Below are positions 63,670 through 64,000 of a DNA stretch of 64,000 nucleotides, one piece after another. The stretch is from Eledone cirrhosa (lineage: Eukaryota): contig OZ024742.1 of the NCBI GenBank assembly GCA_964016885.1, positions 238,700,001 to 238,764,000 on the forward strand. The letters run 5' to 3'. The position numbers and the translations under genes were made by a program. Position 1 is the first letter of the stretch; every line of letters starts with the position of its first letter. Below the pieces are notes generated by a model. The model saw only the letters and a program-made list of their open reading frames with translations, was not told the origin of the DNA and ran no database searches.

Positions 63670-64000
63670 CTACAATAAAGAAAATCCACAAATATTTTAA
63701 TATATCACATCTTTATGAAGAGACAAGAACATGCATTTTAAGGCTATTTTCCTCAATAAAGCAGGGGTTAGCCCAACTACTTGAAATAGGGTCCTTTATG
63801 AGGCAATGTTTTACAGCTGAATGTCCTTTCGGGCATCAATGCTTATGACACAGAGATATGGTGTACCTATTCTACACCAATCATGCTAGCTTTATGAAGA
63901 ACCTTTTAAAATATTTGAAGCAACCATCTATTTGTTTATGAAGAGATGTTCAAATTTTTTAACTATCACTTTAGAGGGTGAACGAGGTGCTTTTTATCAT

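Overview
Eukaryotic (animal) genomic DNA: AT-rich, with spliced genes, dense SINEs, MITEs and microsatellites. The repeat families resemble those of octopod cephalopods (inference from remembered SINE consensus, not verified). Two host genes, both on the minus strand: a complete 5-coding-exon kelch-only gene (KLHDC8-like, 341 aa, 4651-16724) and the last three exons of microsomal triglyceride transfer protein (MTTP-like, 60290-63669). A possible third gene is an intronless basic/acidic orphan ORF at 50827-51348 with CRE, TATA and AATAAA signals. Most of the rest is nested transposon debris: Gypsy LTR elements, non-autonomous LTR elements, Penelope-like, RTE, CR1, L1/Tx1, CRE-type LINE, hAT, Helitron, piggyBac-like and Mutator-like elements. 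The most notable signals concern how retroelements prime and process their RNA. (1) Two related compact Gypsy elements lack a TGG primer-binding site (PBS) and instead carry a 12-nt site complementary to the 5' END of tRNA-Phe, inside a putative leader intron. (2) A third Gypsy has a PBS perfectly complementary to its own LTR (Tf1-like self-priming). (3) A roughly 404-nt terminally redundant, hammerhead-containing, octamer-bearing retrozyme-like element is present, plus further minimal hammerheads. (4) An unexplained diverged tandem pair of GC-rich units shows apparent compensatory base changes. All calls were made by eye; no searches were run.
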